Source: Neoconidiobolus thromboides FSU 785 (Eukaryota > Fungi > Entomophthoromycota). From it: 64,000 bases of DNA. Location of the stretch: positions 96,795-160,794 of the forward strand of contig MU626283.1 of the NCBI GenBank assembly GCA_025603075.1, written 5' to 3'. Shown one piece after another: positions 42,702-55,727 of this stretch. Positions within the stretch are counted from its first letter, which is position 1; the number at the start of each line of letters is the position of its first letter. Both the position numbers and the translations under genes were made by a program. A model generated the notes under the pieces. The model was not told where the DNA came from and searched no databases. It saw only the letters and a program-made list of their open reading frames with translations.

Positions 42702-43789
42702 ATGCTTCAAAGATTCCAACTAATTTCAAGAAAGGGTGTTAAAGGATTAGCACAAGTAATGTCATTGTGTTTATTACTATTATTAATGTGTTTAACCCAC
42801 TCGTTTATAGACTCTCTGCAGAGAAAAACATACTTTAATCCCGATCTCGACTGAGTTACAAAATATTAAGTTATATCCAAAAACACAAATGAAATATATA
42901 ATTAAAGAAATGGAACAATTAACTGATAAATTAAATGATATTACTGAAGGTAAGAAAATAAGTTCATATTATTAAGAATTAATTTTAATTTTAATTATTC
43001 TCAAAAGGTACTAAATATGAGAGCGAAAACTTATATCAAACGATGGTAAAAAGTAGTGGCCAATATTATGATACAAATATTTTTAATTATTCATCTCAAT
43101 TATGGAATATGTCCTTTTTTTTACAAGCTTTGGTAGGTTTACACCACGATATCTTTAACATTTTAGCATATATTTATTTATAAATTTATACAGAGTCCAA
43201 CTCAAATCCCAATTAAAACTGATTTAAAAAATAGGCTTATTGCTAACTTTGGTTCTTTACAAGGATTTCAATCTCAAGTAAGTTGAACTTTGTTATAGAG
43301 CTGAATCAAAACTTATTATATTCTTTTAGTTTATGGCTGCTGCTGAAGGTGTATTTGGCAATGGTTGGGTTTGGTACGTTTTTATTTTAAGTAAATTTGA
43401 AAAAACGATTAACTATTTTAGGTTAGTTGAAGACGCTAGGGGTGAATTGAAGATTGTTAATACAATCAACTCAGGTATTGTAATTAACAATAACAACAAA
43501 AACAAGACTAACTATAAAAAATTATATAGGCAATCCATTAATACCTAATCGTTTACAAAGCATTGAAGGAGTAAGCACTGAAATCAATGAGCAATTATTA
43601 AGTAAATTACCATTTACATTATCTAAAGACAAACCAACCGGATATTATATCCCAATTTTAAATTTAAATATGTGGCAATCCGGTTATATTTTAGATCATG
43701 AAAATCAAGTCAAATTATATACAAATCAATTTTTAAATACCTTAGATTGGAATATTATTCATCAACGTTTATTTCGTGAAAAATATTAA
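42702..43789 (+). CDS. Fe/Mn-SOD-fold protein lacking metal ligands; probable mitoribosomal small-subunit protein mS42/mS43 (Rsm26/Mrp1-like)
   Basis: Mito-type N-terminus; FNYSSQLWNMSFF, FGSLQGF, GVFGNGWVWLV; the SOD DxWEHAY motif reads NMWQSGY. Confidence 0.75.
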
Positions 43790-43886
43790 ATAAAATTAAT
43801 ATTATTAGAATTTAAAAATATAATAAATTTTATTTTATAGATGTTATCTGTATTTTATTTTTATCTTTAAATAGTTTTTATTGAAT

Positions 43887-44586
43887 TTATTTTTCTATCT
43901 TTTCACTCTCATTCGCTGTTTCTATCACTCTCTCTTTAATTTCTTCTATTTCTTTTACTTCCGTCTCTTCGCTTTCCTTGACTTCTTCTTTTTCAATTTC
44001 TATATCCTCGATTTCTTCTATCTTTTCTTCTACCTTTTCTTCTTTACATTTAAAACAACTTTTCCTAAACGAAAAATTAATAGCACCACACCCATTACAT
44101 TCCCAATCTCCTTTCTTGACCATTTCTGCATCTGCTTTCCTCAACCCTTCATCACTAACCAAAGCATTACATTTCATACAAGAAGAACGATAAGCAAAAT
44201 TATGAAAATCACACTCAACACATAACCAATCTCCTCGCATTAATTTCATTTGGGATTCCCCTTCATAAGCTTCTTTAGGGGCATCGCACGAGTTACAATT
44301 GGTTCTTTTACGAAAGTTGTGGTTACCACAACGACCACATGTCCAGTCCCCATCAAGGTATTTGGTTGCTGGCTTTTTATGAGGATGAGAGAAATCTCTT
44401 AATTGTAAGTTGGTAGAATGATAGAGATTCTAAAAAAGCTAGTCAGTTATGTTAATAGGTTAGTTTTAAGAATAATATTACCTTCTTGATAATATTGGTT
44501 AGTAATGGTTGGAGAGGATATAACTTTTTAAATTGACTTAAGAGTATGGTTTGTCTTACTATCGTTTTTAAAGGTTGTAATAACAT
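43887..44586 (-). CDS. Triple RanBP2-type zinc finger protein with basic N-terminal leader and acidic tail (exons 44586-44482, 44429-43887)
   Basis: GDWTCGRCGNHNFRKRTNCNSC, GDWLCVECDFHNFAYRSSCMKC, GDWECNGCGAINFSFRKSCFKC; in-frame 105-nt first exon. Confidence 0.85.
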
Positions 44587-44724
44587 TTTTTTGAGTTTAG
44601 ATGAAAAGAGTGAGTTCAGTTAATGAATTGATTTTGGAGATTCATCAAGACAACCATATCCCTTTTGATAGGACTTAAAATTTTTACTAAATTTAATTTA
44701 GTTACTTTAATATTTTTAGTATAT

Positions 44725-44820
44725 AGGGCTGTTTTTTTAGTTACATTATTTTTCCATTTTTTAAGCACTATTTGAGTGGAAAGATTGTAGTAAAATTCTT
44801 AAATAAAAAAACACATCCCC
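44725..44820 (+). mobile_element. MITE copy 10
   Basis: Consensus match; ATAT/ATAT TSD. Confidence 0.85.
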
Positions 44821-44995
44821 ATATTTGATTCATTCAATATTTATAATGGCTTAATTATAGACTTGCTAATAGACCTTTATTATTTAATTTATTTATTTAA
44901 CTATTAATTACTATAAACTAAAGTAAAGACTATTTATTTTTCTAATATTAAATTCTTTACTTTAATAATTAGCTTATATAGCTGCTTAAGTTGAG

Positions 44996-45125
44996 TGTTT
45001 TTTTCTACTTCATTACTTTTTCTATCTTTTAAGTGCTATTTGAGTAGAAAATTTTACTAACAAATTTTCTACTCAAATAGCACTTAAAAGATAGAAAAAG
45101 TAATGAAGTAGAAAAAAACATCTCC
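44996..45125 (-). repeat. MITE copy 11 rearranged into a perfect 59-bp inverted repeat (44996-45054 / 45062-45120, loop TACTAAC)
   Basis: Arms checked base by base as exact reverse complements. Confidence 0.9.
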
Positions 45126-46379
45126 ATATATATAATTTCCAAATAACTATCATTCTACAAATATACAATATGTACTTTTAATAAGTTAATACACTACTAT
45201 TGGAAAATATATCAATATTTTTTTAAAATTACATTTATATAAATTTCTGTCATACAACTGATTTTGATAAAAACAATTTCAAAAAAATATCAATTTAATT
45301 GATTAAAAACAGTATAATTTAAGTTAAAATTTAGAAAATATAAAAAAACTGTCTACTTTTTATATATTATAAACCTTAACCAAAAAATATTGTTTTAATT
45401 TGTTTTATTTAATTTTTATATTTATATTCAAAATTAAGGAAATTTTAGAATAATTGGTCAACTATAATAAAATGATAACTAATTCGTAGATGATAGCTCC
45501 TATAATTATTAATTTTAAGTTAAAATTTACTAGGCATACCAAAACAAAAATACAGTTCATTGAGTGGGCTGGAGCTGGGTAGTTGATAGTGAAGTTAACA
45601 ATTTCGATAATCAGTAATTAATCAGAATACCCATGATTATAATGAAAACACTTCTATAGTCATATCATTTGGTATTAAAGCGAGTTTTCTGAGAGCTAAC
45701 TATTTAATAATAGGCAAAGCTGGGGATATACATTGGATTAGCTTACTAGCTTTATATGATTACTTTTGCAAAAATTCCTATTGAACTTATAACTTTGTAT
45801 AGTGTAATTTTCATCTTTCAGCTTAAAGTGATTTCTTTTAGTTTGCTACTAAAAATTTTTACATGAAGTTAATAGTCTTACAAAGGATGATGGTTCCTGA
45901 CTTGTATAAAAAAGATTATCAGTAAATTTAAAGATAATAAGTGGCGTTTAAATGTAACAAGCTTTAAGCTCTAATTTTGAATACAAAGATATAATTAGAA
46001 AATGATTTTAAATCATCTTTTTTATACATTTTATTTAAATACAACATAATAAAACACATATTCTAAAATACAGATTATTGATTCAGCTACCAACAAAATT
46101 CATCTAAATGGAATGTCTTAATAATTTGAATTGTTATTTTGATATATGTTTTTGTAATTATTCTATTATCAAAATATACGTGAATAACAATCAATGTCTT
46201 TAAAATAAGTAATTTGATGTTAATCAAAATAAATTAAACAAGGATCTACTCTTATATAATAAACTCTGCTCATTTTAATCAACCACTTATGTAACACAAT
46301 AGTAAATTTATTAACTGTTTGGGTTACCATATTAATTATTAAATTTTGAGAAAAAGTGTATTTTAATAGAGTATTACTT

Positions 46380-46454
46380 GGAGATGTTTTTTTGACTTCA
46401 CTACTTGAGGGGAAAAATTGTTAGTAAAATTCTTAAATACAAAAATACATCCTC
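46380..46454 (+). mobile_element. MITE copy 12, internally deleted
   Basis: Both termini present, ~22 nt missing between TACTT repeats. Confidence 0.8.
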
Positions 46455-48048
46455 ATTTTTTATTTTTTGTCCATTATTATATTATCTCATTTATTTGACA
46501 ATAACTCACTTTGCATTTATCAGTTATGTTATGTGATTCTTAATCCTCTATTATTATTCTAAAGAAGTATCATAAACAAGAGGAAACTTTATACTAGTTT
46601 ATCTTCATTTCAATTGTTAACATTCCAATAAACTTTCAGATAGCGCAAAAAAGAAGTGTTGACCTATAACAATGGGCTTCTAATATAGTAAAATGCAGCA
46701 CTATTCAAACTTAATTACTATTTAAGACCCAACTACATCTTATTTATAAAAAAATTTTAAAGTAAAAACGTAATGGACTACTAAAAACAATTGATGATAT
46801 AAGAGAAGTTAAAATAAAATTTGGTAAATAGTGGGTTTTATATTGTATTGACTTAAGGTTATTATCTAATTCAATTATACACTACTTTTACTACCCTTTA
46901 AATGAAGTAGATTATAAATCACGCTCAAGACCTTGACGTTATCTTCATATACAAGCAATGCCCATTTAATAATTGAATTTAGAATGCATCAAAAAATAAA
47001 CCAAGTTGATATATTTCAATTCTAATTTATCCTAACTTTAGCTTTAAAAGTAAGACCTATGATAAGTTTTTAATTGGGTAAAGAACAAGTAAAAGAAGGA
47101 AGAATAGTCGAGATTCCAGCTTTCATTTCTAAAGAAACTACTATTTAATTAAGTACAACAGAACTGATCAATCTCAAACTTAGTTTTGGCACAAATCTAT
47201 CTAGAGAATTGAAGTCAGACAACTGCTCTCCCTTGCACTCCAGTTCAATAAGTTACTTTCACCTCAAGCGCTAAATACTAATAGAATAATAATTAATTTG
47301 ATATTGTTATCACAAAATTAATCGTAGTATTTTATAATCATACTAGTATATTACAGTTTTAACAGCTTTATTATAATTTGATCATATTTGATTTGATGTT
47401 ATCTAAAGTTGTTATATTACAAGTTGTTTATAAACTATTACAGATATTTGGGTTAAGTTTAATCAACATTAAGCTTTAAAAGTATTACCTATTATTGCTT
47501 TTTTATTGAACTATTAAATATTTTATATTATTTATACTATAATAGTCATAAGTTGATTGTTCTCTAATTATTAAATGCCAAACTTTTTAGATATTTCCGC
47601 TTTATTTTTATATCAATATCTTTTGACACTTTTAATCATATTAATTTTGACAGTTTATTATTTTTAATAAAACTAAAATAAAACTATCTTCTAAGTGAGG
47701 CTAGAATTATTGAGCATTAGGTAATTGTTGAATTCAATAATAAAACTTGCTTTTTTAAAATCAATATAATATAAAAATTAATATATGTATATTTAATATT
47801 TGACTCTTATTTGTATATGGTAAAAAATTAAGTATAAAGATAGTGATAACCAGCTTAGATTTGATATATTATGAAAAATAAACTGATATTAAATAATGGC
47901 TATTGTTTTGTTTTACATAAATGAATTATCTAATATTTATAAATTTCCATATAATATACATATTGTAATAGTGCTTACTAAAAATAACAACAAACATTGT
48001 AGTAGTAATAGTCACTTAAAATTACTTTATCTAATCAAAATAAGATAT

Positions 48049-48145
48049 GAGGATGTTTTTTTGGCTTCATCACTTTTTCTATTTTTAAGCGCTATTTGAG
48101 TAGAAAAATTATTAGTAAAATTCTTAAACAGAAAAATACATCCCC
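48049..48145 (+). mobile_element. MITE copy 13
   Basis: Consensus match; ATAT/ACAT flanks. Confidence 0.85.
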
Positions 48146-48946
48146 ACATGTTACATCAAGAAAGTTATTATTTCATTCAAAATAATAATCCATATAAAAT
48201 GACTTCAAAAATAATCTCAATATTAAAAAAAAAACAATTACCGTGAAGATAACCGATTGCAACATTAGTGAATTCTATGTCGAAATAATTATTATTTTTA
48301 GTAATAAAAAATGCTTTCTATTGCAACTAATAACTTTCCAATTTTTTCCAATCAAAACACTAAGATTGTTTTTAAATAGCATTATATTAAAATATCTAAT
48401 TAAATACTCTACACCTCCAATTTAGTAACAAATTTTTTATTTACACGTAATAATCATAAAAAGAACTATCAACAAAATATTAACTTTCGATATTAATCAA
48501 TAACATTTAATATTTGAACCACGTTTGATTAATAATTCGATTTTCATATTAAGAATAGTAAATTTCATTAAATAAATTCATACAATTACAACTTACAGCA
48601 AACTAAATTTCATTGGTTGAAATTCAATGGTTAAAAATTTAGCAAGGATATTTTTTAAAGAATAATAAGGGATTATTAATAGCTTACATTTGATTGGATA
48701 CTATCTGAAACTTCAAAAAAATTCTATCAAAAATGAACTATGGGGATTAAGTTTTGTAGTTATTAAACCAATAACAACTCAAGGATAAGAATAACTCTCT
48801 ATCAAAACCAATAGTGTTGCCTAAGTATTAAAAAATTAAATCGAATTAATAACTAATATTGAAATTCTTACAATCCTAGGTATATAAAGCTTTAGGATGA
48901 AATATCAAGCTTACTTTTTTCGAAAAAGAAAACCCAAATATAAAAA

Positions 48947-50248
48947 ATGGCTACCCAAAACTATAAAGTTGCTGATATCTCCCTCGCCGCTTTCGGTCGT
49001 AAAGAAATTGAATTAGCTGAAAATGAGATGCCTGGTCTCATGTATCTCCGTGAAAAATTCGGTAAAAGCCAACCATTAGCTGGTGCTCGTATTGTAGGAT
49101 GTTTACATATGACCATTCAAACTGCTGTCTTAATTGAAACTTTAACTGCTCTTGGTGCTGAAGTCACTTGGTCCTCCTGTAATATTTTCTCTACTCAAGA
49201 TCATGCTGCTGCTGCTATTGCTGCTACCGGCGTACCAGTTTTCGCTTGGAAAGGTGAAACCGATGAAGAATATATTTGGTGTATTGAACAAACCCTTGCC
49301 TCTTTCAAGGATGGTAAGCACTTCAATCTTATCTTAGATGATGGGGGTGATTTAACTAAGCTCATTCACGATAAATATCCACAATATCTTGAAGGATGCA
49401 AAGGTGTATCTGAAGAAACTACTACTGGTGTTCACCATCTTTATACTGCTCTTAAAGAAGGTAAACTTAGAATTCCTGCTATTAACGTTAATGATTCTGT
49501 TACCAAATCCAAATTCGATAACTTATACGGTTGTCGTGAATCTTTAATTGATGGTATTAAACGTGCCACTGATGTTATGATTGCTGGTAAAGTAGCTATT
49601 GTTGCTGGTTATGGTGACGTAGGTAAGGGTTGTGCTGCTGCTTTACGCGGTATGGGTGCTCGTGTTATTGTTACTGAAATTGATCCAATTAATGCTTTAC
49701 AAGCTTCCATGGAAGGTTATGAAGTTACTACTTTAGATGCTTCTGTAGATGAAGCCAATATTTTCGTCACTACCACTGGTAACAGAGATATTATCACTGG
49801 TGAACATATGTTAAAAATGAAAGATGATTCCATTGTATGTAACATTGGTCATTTTGATGTTGAAATTGATGTTGCTTGGTTAAAAGCTAATGCCAAATCA
49901 GTAGAAAACATTAAACCACAAGTTGATAGATATACTATGCCATCAGGTCGTCATATTATTTTATTAGCTGAAGGTCGTCTTGTTAATTTAGCTTGTGCTA
50001 CTGGTCATCCATCTTTTGTTATGTCCAATTCTTTCTCTAATCAAGTACTTGCTCAAATTGCCCTCTGGACTGATAATGCTTCTTATCCATTAGGTGTTCA
50101 TATGCTTCCAAAACATCTTGATGAAGAAGTAGCTCGTGCTCATCTTTCCAAATTAGGTGTTAAATTAACTCAACTTAATAATGCTCAATCAGAATACCTT
50201 GGTATTAAACCAGAAGGTCCATTCAAGCCAAACCATTACCGTTATTAA
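48947..50248 (+). CDS. SAH1: S-adenosyl-L-homocysteine hydrolase, intronless, strongly codon-biased
   Basis: [63 protein letters not shown]. Confidence 0.98.
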   Translation: MATQNYKVADISLAAFGRKEIELAENEMPGLMYLREKFGKSQPLAGARIVGCLHMTIQTAVLIETLTALGAEVTWSSCNIFSTQDHAAAAIAATGVPVFAWKGETDEEYIWCIEQTLASFKDGKHFNLILDDGGDLTKLIHDKYPQYLEGCKGVSEETTTGVHHLYTALKEGKLRIPAINVNDSVTKSKFDNLYGCRESLIDGIKRATDVMIAGKVAIVAGYGDVGKGCAAALRGMGARVIVTEIDPINALQASMEGYEVTTLDASVDEANIFVTTTGNRDIITGEHMLKMKDDSIVCNIGHFDVEIDVAWLKANAKSVENIKPQVDRYTMPSGRHIILLAEGRLVNLACATGHPSFVMSNSFSNQVLAQIALWTDNASYPLGVHMLPKHLDEEVARAHLSKLGVKLTQLNNAQSEYLGIKPEGPFKPNHYRY

Positions 50249-50786
50249 AAAGGTGAACACGTAGTAAGTTTTATTTTATATTAATTTCTAAGATAAAACT
50301 TGTTTCCCTTTTTACCTGTAATATAGTAGAGATACTCAACGGATCTCTTCATCTCCCTACTCCTCCTTTCCTCTCAATCTTAAAATTACCACTTTTACTT
50401 TTGCATGTTTTCAAAATTGTTTTTCCTCAACGGGGTTACTAAATTTATAACTTTTTAAATTGATTACTTATAAAAAATAGGTTTTTTATTTATTATGTTT
50501 TTTTATTTTTATTTTTTCTAACCTTGAATGTTAAATTTCAAGTGTGTTATTTTTGAAATTATTTTGGGCTAATCCATAATTTTTTTTGACTAATCCTAGC
50601 AATTAAATAGAAATAAGTCAAATTTAATATTACAACGGTCCAAAATTTGATTCAAATGGGTATGTTATCGAGATTAAAAGTCAATGAAAGAGAAACGTCT
50701 ATATACTCCAAACTAAAAACTAATATAAAAGATAACTAACTTCGGTTATTTATTTATTTTTTCAATCAACTAAAAACTAAAAACTA

Positions 50787-51582
50787 ATGCAATTCAACAT
50801 AATATTATTATCTTTTTATTTCGCTTTAAGCATTACATCAAAAACCAATAATACGGTAGTAAATAAAGTACCTGTAACAAGTCCAGTAGTATCAAATACT
50901 AATCCAATTCCATTGACTCCAAGTCCTACTTTGGAACCTTCGGATTTAGCTACTTATCATCAACCTACTGGATCAATACAAAGTAAGTATTTTATTACCA
51001 TAGCCTCTATATATGTGACTATATACCTAATAGCATAATAACAATAAAATAACATGATAATTCATACTAATTTTATTTTCAAATAGAGGATGATATCTCA
51101 GATAGTGTACGTGAAGAAACATGTCAAAATCAAACGAATTTTTGTGATAATGTATGTGGAGAAATCCAATCATTTGCTGTAGTTAATGAATGTAATACAG
51201 CTGATTTTAAATGGCGTTGTTATTGTAATAATGGGGTACAACCAAGTACTAAAAGTAAGTTTGTTATTTGTTTTTTATAAATGATATTTAGATTTATTAA
51301 CTTTTAATAGATTACACTTTCCCAGCTGAATTTGTTACATGTACTGAAACTATTAGAAGTTGCCAATTACGTTGTGGTTCCAATGCTTCCTGTTCAATTG
51401 GTTGTGCTAATTCCAAAAATTGTACTGTAGAAGACAATAATAACCACAGTAAAAAGAAATCTTCAATTTCAAATACAGCCACAAGTTCAAAGATACCCTC
51501 TATATTTTCTAATGGTAGTTTGAGTTCTCCAATTGCTATTTTAAATGGTTTATTGTTTGTTTTCTTTTTAATTGTTGGTTAA
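50787..51582 (+). CDS. Small secreted Cys-rich protein with probable GPI-anchor signal (3 exons)
   Basis: Signal peptide; spliced CQNQTNFCDNVCG..NECNT..WRCYCNNG..YTFP..C..CQLRC..CSIGC..C; Ser-rich spacer and hydrophobic C-terminus (ILNGLLFVFFLIVG). Confidence 0.75.
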
Positions 51583-51679
51583 AATAATTCTATATTTTAC
51601 AATTATCTATTAAATTATCATAAAAATTATATTATATTATTAAAATAAAAATACAAAGAATATTATTATTAATTTTATT

Positions 51680-52721
51680 TTACTCTCTTCCACGCCATTT
51701 TAAATTATTACTTCCATACCTCACTTGTGGTGGTATTCTTTTAGTCCAAAGAAACATTAAAGCTCCAGCTAAAGCTCCACCAAGGTGACCAATATGATTG
51801 ATTCTTAAACCAAATATGGTATTTTCTTTTGTATTAAACGAAAATAAATCATATACTATATAACCACCAACTAGTAAAATTGCTGGCATTGGTATAAAAA
51901 GTAAGATGATTTGTTCAAAGGGGTATTTTAAAGCAAAATAAGTTAGTAAGCCCATTGTATGTCCAGAGGCCTAATTAAAGATAGCGTTAATATCAGTGTA
52001 TATTAAACTCAGAATTTTCTTTGCTTACCCCCAAACTTGTTACATATTTAGATCTCTCTTGGTTTCTTAAAGTGGGTTCTTTGTTAAAAAATGTTAAAAA
52101 TAAAACGGAAGCTGATAGACCAGAACAAATATATAATGTTAAAAAGCGTTTAGTACCCAAGGAATGTAATACCTATAAATAATATCAAAATTAATTTCTC
52201 GTCCATTCAAACCGTTATAAACTAATAGATAAACTTACTGGAAAGGTAAAAAAATATAATGTAATGATATTCGTTAAAAAATGTCCGAAGTTTTCATGAC
52301 AAAAGCCATTTGTTAATAATGTCCAATATCTATGTTGTTGAATATTATTATAGGAGATACATAAGTTATTATGGACCCAGTATTTTAATCTCATCAACTT
52401 TCGTTGATCTTTTTCTAAATATAATAGTTGAATGATAAGAAATACAACGACGTTAGCGCCGATGATAGTATAAGCGATGGCGTCTGGATTTTGAAAACGG
52501 TTTCTAAGGGTGCTAGTAAGAGTTTGAGGGCGTTGATTATATACTCGGTAGAATCTGGATTGTATAAATTGACTTGGTTTAATTGGTGTTACTAGTGTGG
52601 ATTTTACATTTAACAATTTTGTGTTGGAAAGAAAATTCAATTTAACATTGGAAATTGGATTTGCCTTTAAAGATCCACCCAGTATTTTATTCCTAATTAA
52701 ATTTACTGGAAATTTTATCAT
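51680..52721 (-). CDS. Mitochondrial rhomboid protease (PARL/Pcp1-like), 3 exons
   Basis: Mito presequence; YWTLLTNGFCHENFGHFLTN; spliced SLGASG catalytic Ser; HIGHLGGALAG catalytic His. Confidence 0.88.
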
Positions 52722-53151
52722 TTTGTTTATTGTCAAAAGTAAAAGATGAATCAAATTTTTTGAGCTTTTAGAGTTTTAAAATTACGATTTTTTTAAAATT
52801 CTGTTATTTGGGATATCAGCTAATCAAAAGCTTTCAATATTGAAATGAACGACTAAGCAAAAAACAAAATAAAAATAAAATATTTATTGACCTTAACGTT
52901 ATTTTAAAAAAATTATTTATTCGTAATAATACTAAAATATCTATCAATCAAATATTAGCTTAGTTTTATTGCTCTATCCTTTATCAATGTAGCAACAAAA
53001 TTTCAAAAGACTATTGTGTTAATCCATTAACATTAAAAACATTTACATATGATGCATTATTGAATCCATTATATTTTATTTTATAGAGCATTTTGTCCAA
53101 AACATCAACTTCAATAACCTTCATAACTTATCCTCAATTATAATAACCCTC

Positions 53152-54038
53152 TTATTTTTTGAACACTTCCTTCAGCATAGTATAAAACGTGTTTAACGGA
53201 AACCCCATCTATCACACAAAAAAACATAAACATCTCAATATCATATTAAAAAACACACAAAAAATTACTTACCACACCATAATAATCTCCTTTAATTTCT
53301 TTAATAAAAATAGAAGCTGGACCTTGAATCCCATATCCACCTGCTTTATCTCTTTTTAAATTTAATTACAAATTAGTTTTATACTTATATAAAAATACTA
53401 TAAATAAAAATAAACACTTACAACGGATCTTCGGTATTGATATAGGCTGTTATCTCCTTTTCATCAATGCAATCAAAATTCACCTCTGTTTTATTGATCT
53501 TTTGATATTCTTTAATTTCCTCAAATTCAGAATCTTCTCTCACAATTAAACAAAGACACGTAATCACTTGATGTGTACTCCCTGAAAGTGAAGTAAGCAT
53601 TGTTAAAGCATTTGATTTATCTTTTGGTTTTTCTAATATCTTATCATCTTTTAATATAACAGTGTCACTCCCTATGATGATTAATGGTTTTGTTATATCT
53701 TTCTATAGTAATAGTTATTATTAATTTTTTAGAACAACGTTAATTGATTGCTTTGATGATATTACTTTAATCCTGTCATATACATCCAATGTCTTTAAAT
53801 AAGCTGTTTTTTGACAATAGTCGATGGGAGAGTAATTGGATTTGTTTAAATCTTCAGCGAAATTGGAAGCTTTTACTTGAAACTCTAAACCCTTTTGACA
53901 AATAAATTAATTAGCTAAAGCAATAGAATAAATTTAATTTTTGATTACAATTTTTTCTAATAATTCTTTTCTTCTTGGTGAGGAGGAGGCTAATACTATC
54001 GTATAGTCTTTGAGTCCTGGGTAGATGGAATAAATCAT
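53152..54038 (-). CDS. Maf-family nucleotide pyrophosphatase (ASMTL N-domain-like), multi-exon
   Basis: [53 protein letters not shown]. Confidence 0.92.
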
Positions 54039-54117
54039 TGGAGTTTTTTGGTTAAAAATTTTAAAGGAAATTTCGAGTTCAAATTTGATGCTTGGGATTT
54101 CAATAGCAGATCGATAT

Positions 54118-54212
54118 AGGGACGTATTTTTTGTTTAAGAATTTTATTAATGATTTTTCACTCAAATAGCGCTTAAAAAAATGGAAAAAGTATGAAGCCA
54201 AAAAACAACTCC
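54118..54212 (-). mobile_element. MITE copy 14
   Basis: Reverse consensus match; right flank diverged. Confidence 0.8.
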
Positions 54213-54401
54213 ACACCGTAAATTAGTGAATTTAAATTAGATGTCTAATTTGCAACGCTACTAATTATTGATATTGACATAGATTTTACCGAATAAATAA
54301 TCAATAGAATATCATTTAAACATCGATAAAATAGAGATAAATTTTATTTTCATAGAATTAAAAATTAGTTAGCTATAAACAATAAACCAAATGCCAATAA
54401 T

Positions 54402-54749
54402 TTAGAGATCAAGTCCAACACCGGCTCCAAGCCCTAATCCAAGTCCTTCTTTTCCAGCTCCCGAGCCTAAACTAGCTCCTACTCCTACTCCTACTCCTAA
54501 ATCACCATGACTAGATCCATGACCTGAAGTATGGCTGGAACTTGAGCCGTAACTAGATCCTGAGCCTGAGCCGTAGTCAGATCCTGAACCTGAGCCATAA
54601 CTAGACCCTGAGCTTGATCCATGCTTACCACCCCCTAAGCTCAAACCTAAGCCTAAACCTAAACCAAGTTCTTCCGCTTCACGTTTAACTAAAGTAGGAG
54701 CAGCGGTAATAAAAGAAAGGATAGCAAGATTGATGATAAATTTGTTCAT
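54402..54749 (-). CDS. Gly-rich secreted family member D
   Basis: MNKFIINLAILSFITA-APTLVKR-EAEELGLGLG...GLGLGLGAGVGLDL. Confidence 0.85.
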   Translation of the reverse strand: MNKFIINLAILSFITAAPTLVKREAEELGLGLGLGLSLGGGKHGSSSGSSYGSGSGSDYGSGSGSSYGSSSSHTSGHGSSHGDLGVGVGVGASLGSGAGKEGLGLGLGAGVGLDL

Positions 54750-55656
54750 TTTAATGAACTATATTATAGATGCTATTAAGTATTAGATGATAATAATAAT
54801 TATTTTTTGATAACTATTATGAGAGTTAAGTTGGAGTATTTGTAGGATGAGCTATTGATATGCAATAGTAATAATTTTGTATATACATACTTTTGCTAAG
54901 TAAAACCCACCCTGAATTACAACTGTTAGTTGGAGTAATTATATTAATTTAGGGATAAATTTTTGACTTTGAAAATTTTGTAGTCAAGTACAAGTACTTA
55001 ATGCCAAGTTTTCAAAAATCGTAGTTTTGTCAATTTTTTAATTTTGTTGATTATGCACCCATTTTATTATATTACTAAAATCAAAGTTTAGTTTTTTAAA
55101 AATAATTATTACTATTACTATTATTAGTAATCAGAATTCCAATTTTCTTAAATGATCCTCTAACTCTTTTTGTTATATTTAAAATATGCTATTGAAATTA
55201 TTCTAAAAAAATTATTAATAAAAAAGAGGGGAAAGCAAAAAAATTTATATGGCCAAGCTTTGAGTTTAGTAAAAAAGCCATAAAGACTATAAATCAAGTA
55301 TACTAACTTTTAGAAACAGTCTCAAAGAAGTAATTTTATCTTAAGTAATAAATGTGGACTATTATTAATTTAGCTTTTGATCTAACCTTTGATGAATATT
55401 TATGTTATTATCTCAATTATCTTTATCCAAGTTGAATTTACAATATAGGCTCATTTTAGAAGATAGAGATAGCTGCCTATTTTTTAGGATTTATAAACTT
55501 AATACTACCTTTTAGCCTATTAGATTCTTCTAAGTAAGTAGTCTTCTAATTCAAAAAATAAGTTTTTATTTGCAATAGATTTTTTATTTCTATGCATCTT
55601 CAAACAAAAAAACACACTCTTATATAATAAAATTGTATAAAAATTGGTTCTGACAG

Positions 55657-55727
55657 TTTACTAACAATTTTTCTGCTCAAATAACACTTAAAAGGTGAAA
55701 AAAGTGAAGCTAAAAAAACATCCCCCC
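55657..55727 (-). mobile_element. MITE copy 15, truncated
   Basis: TTTACTAACAATTTTTCTGCTCAAATAAC...AAAAAAACATCCCCCC-ATAT; one terminus missing. Confidence 0.75.

Noticed and set aside
43881-44225. Plus-strand Phe-rich ORFs (43881-44225, 43978-44193)
   Set aside because: Antisense to the Glu/Lys-rich RanBP2-ZnF exon.
47050-47280. GC-richer patch with broken frames (also 62640-62960)
   Set aside because: Could be old TE or gene debris, but I could not recognise any motif.
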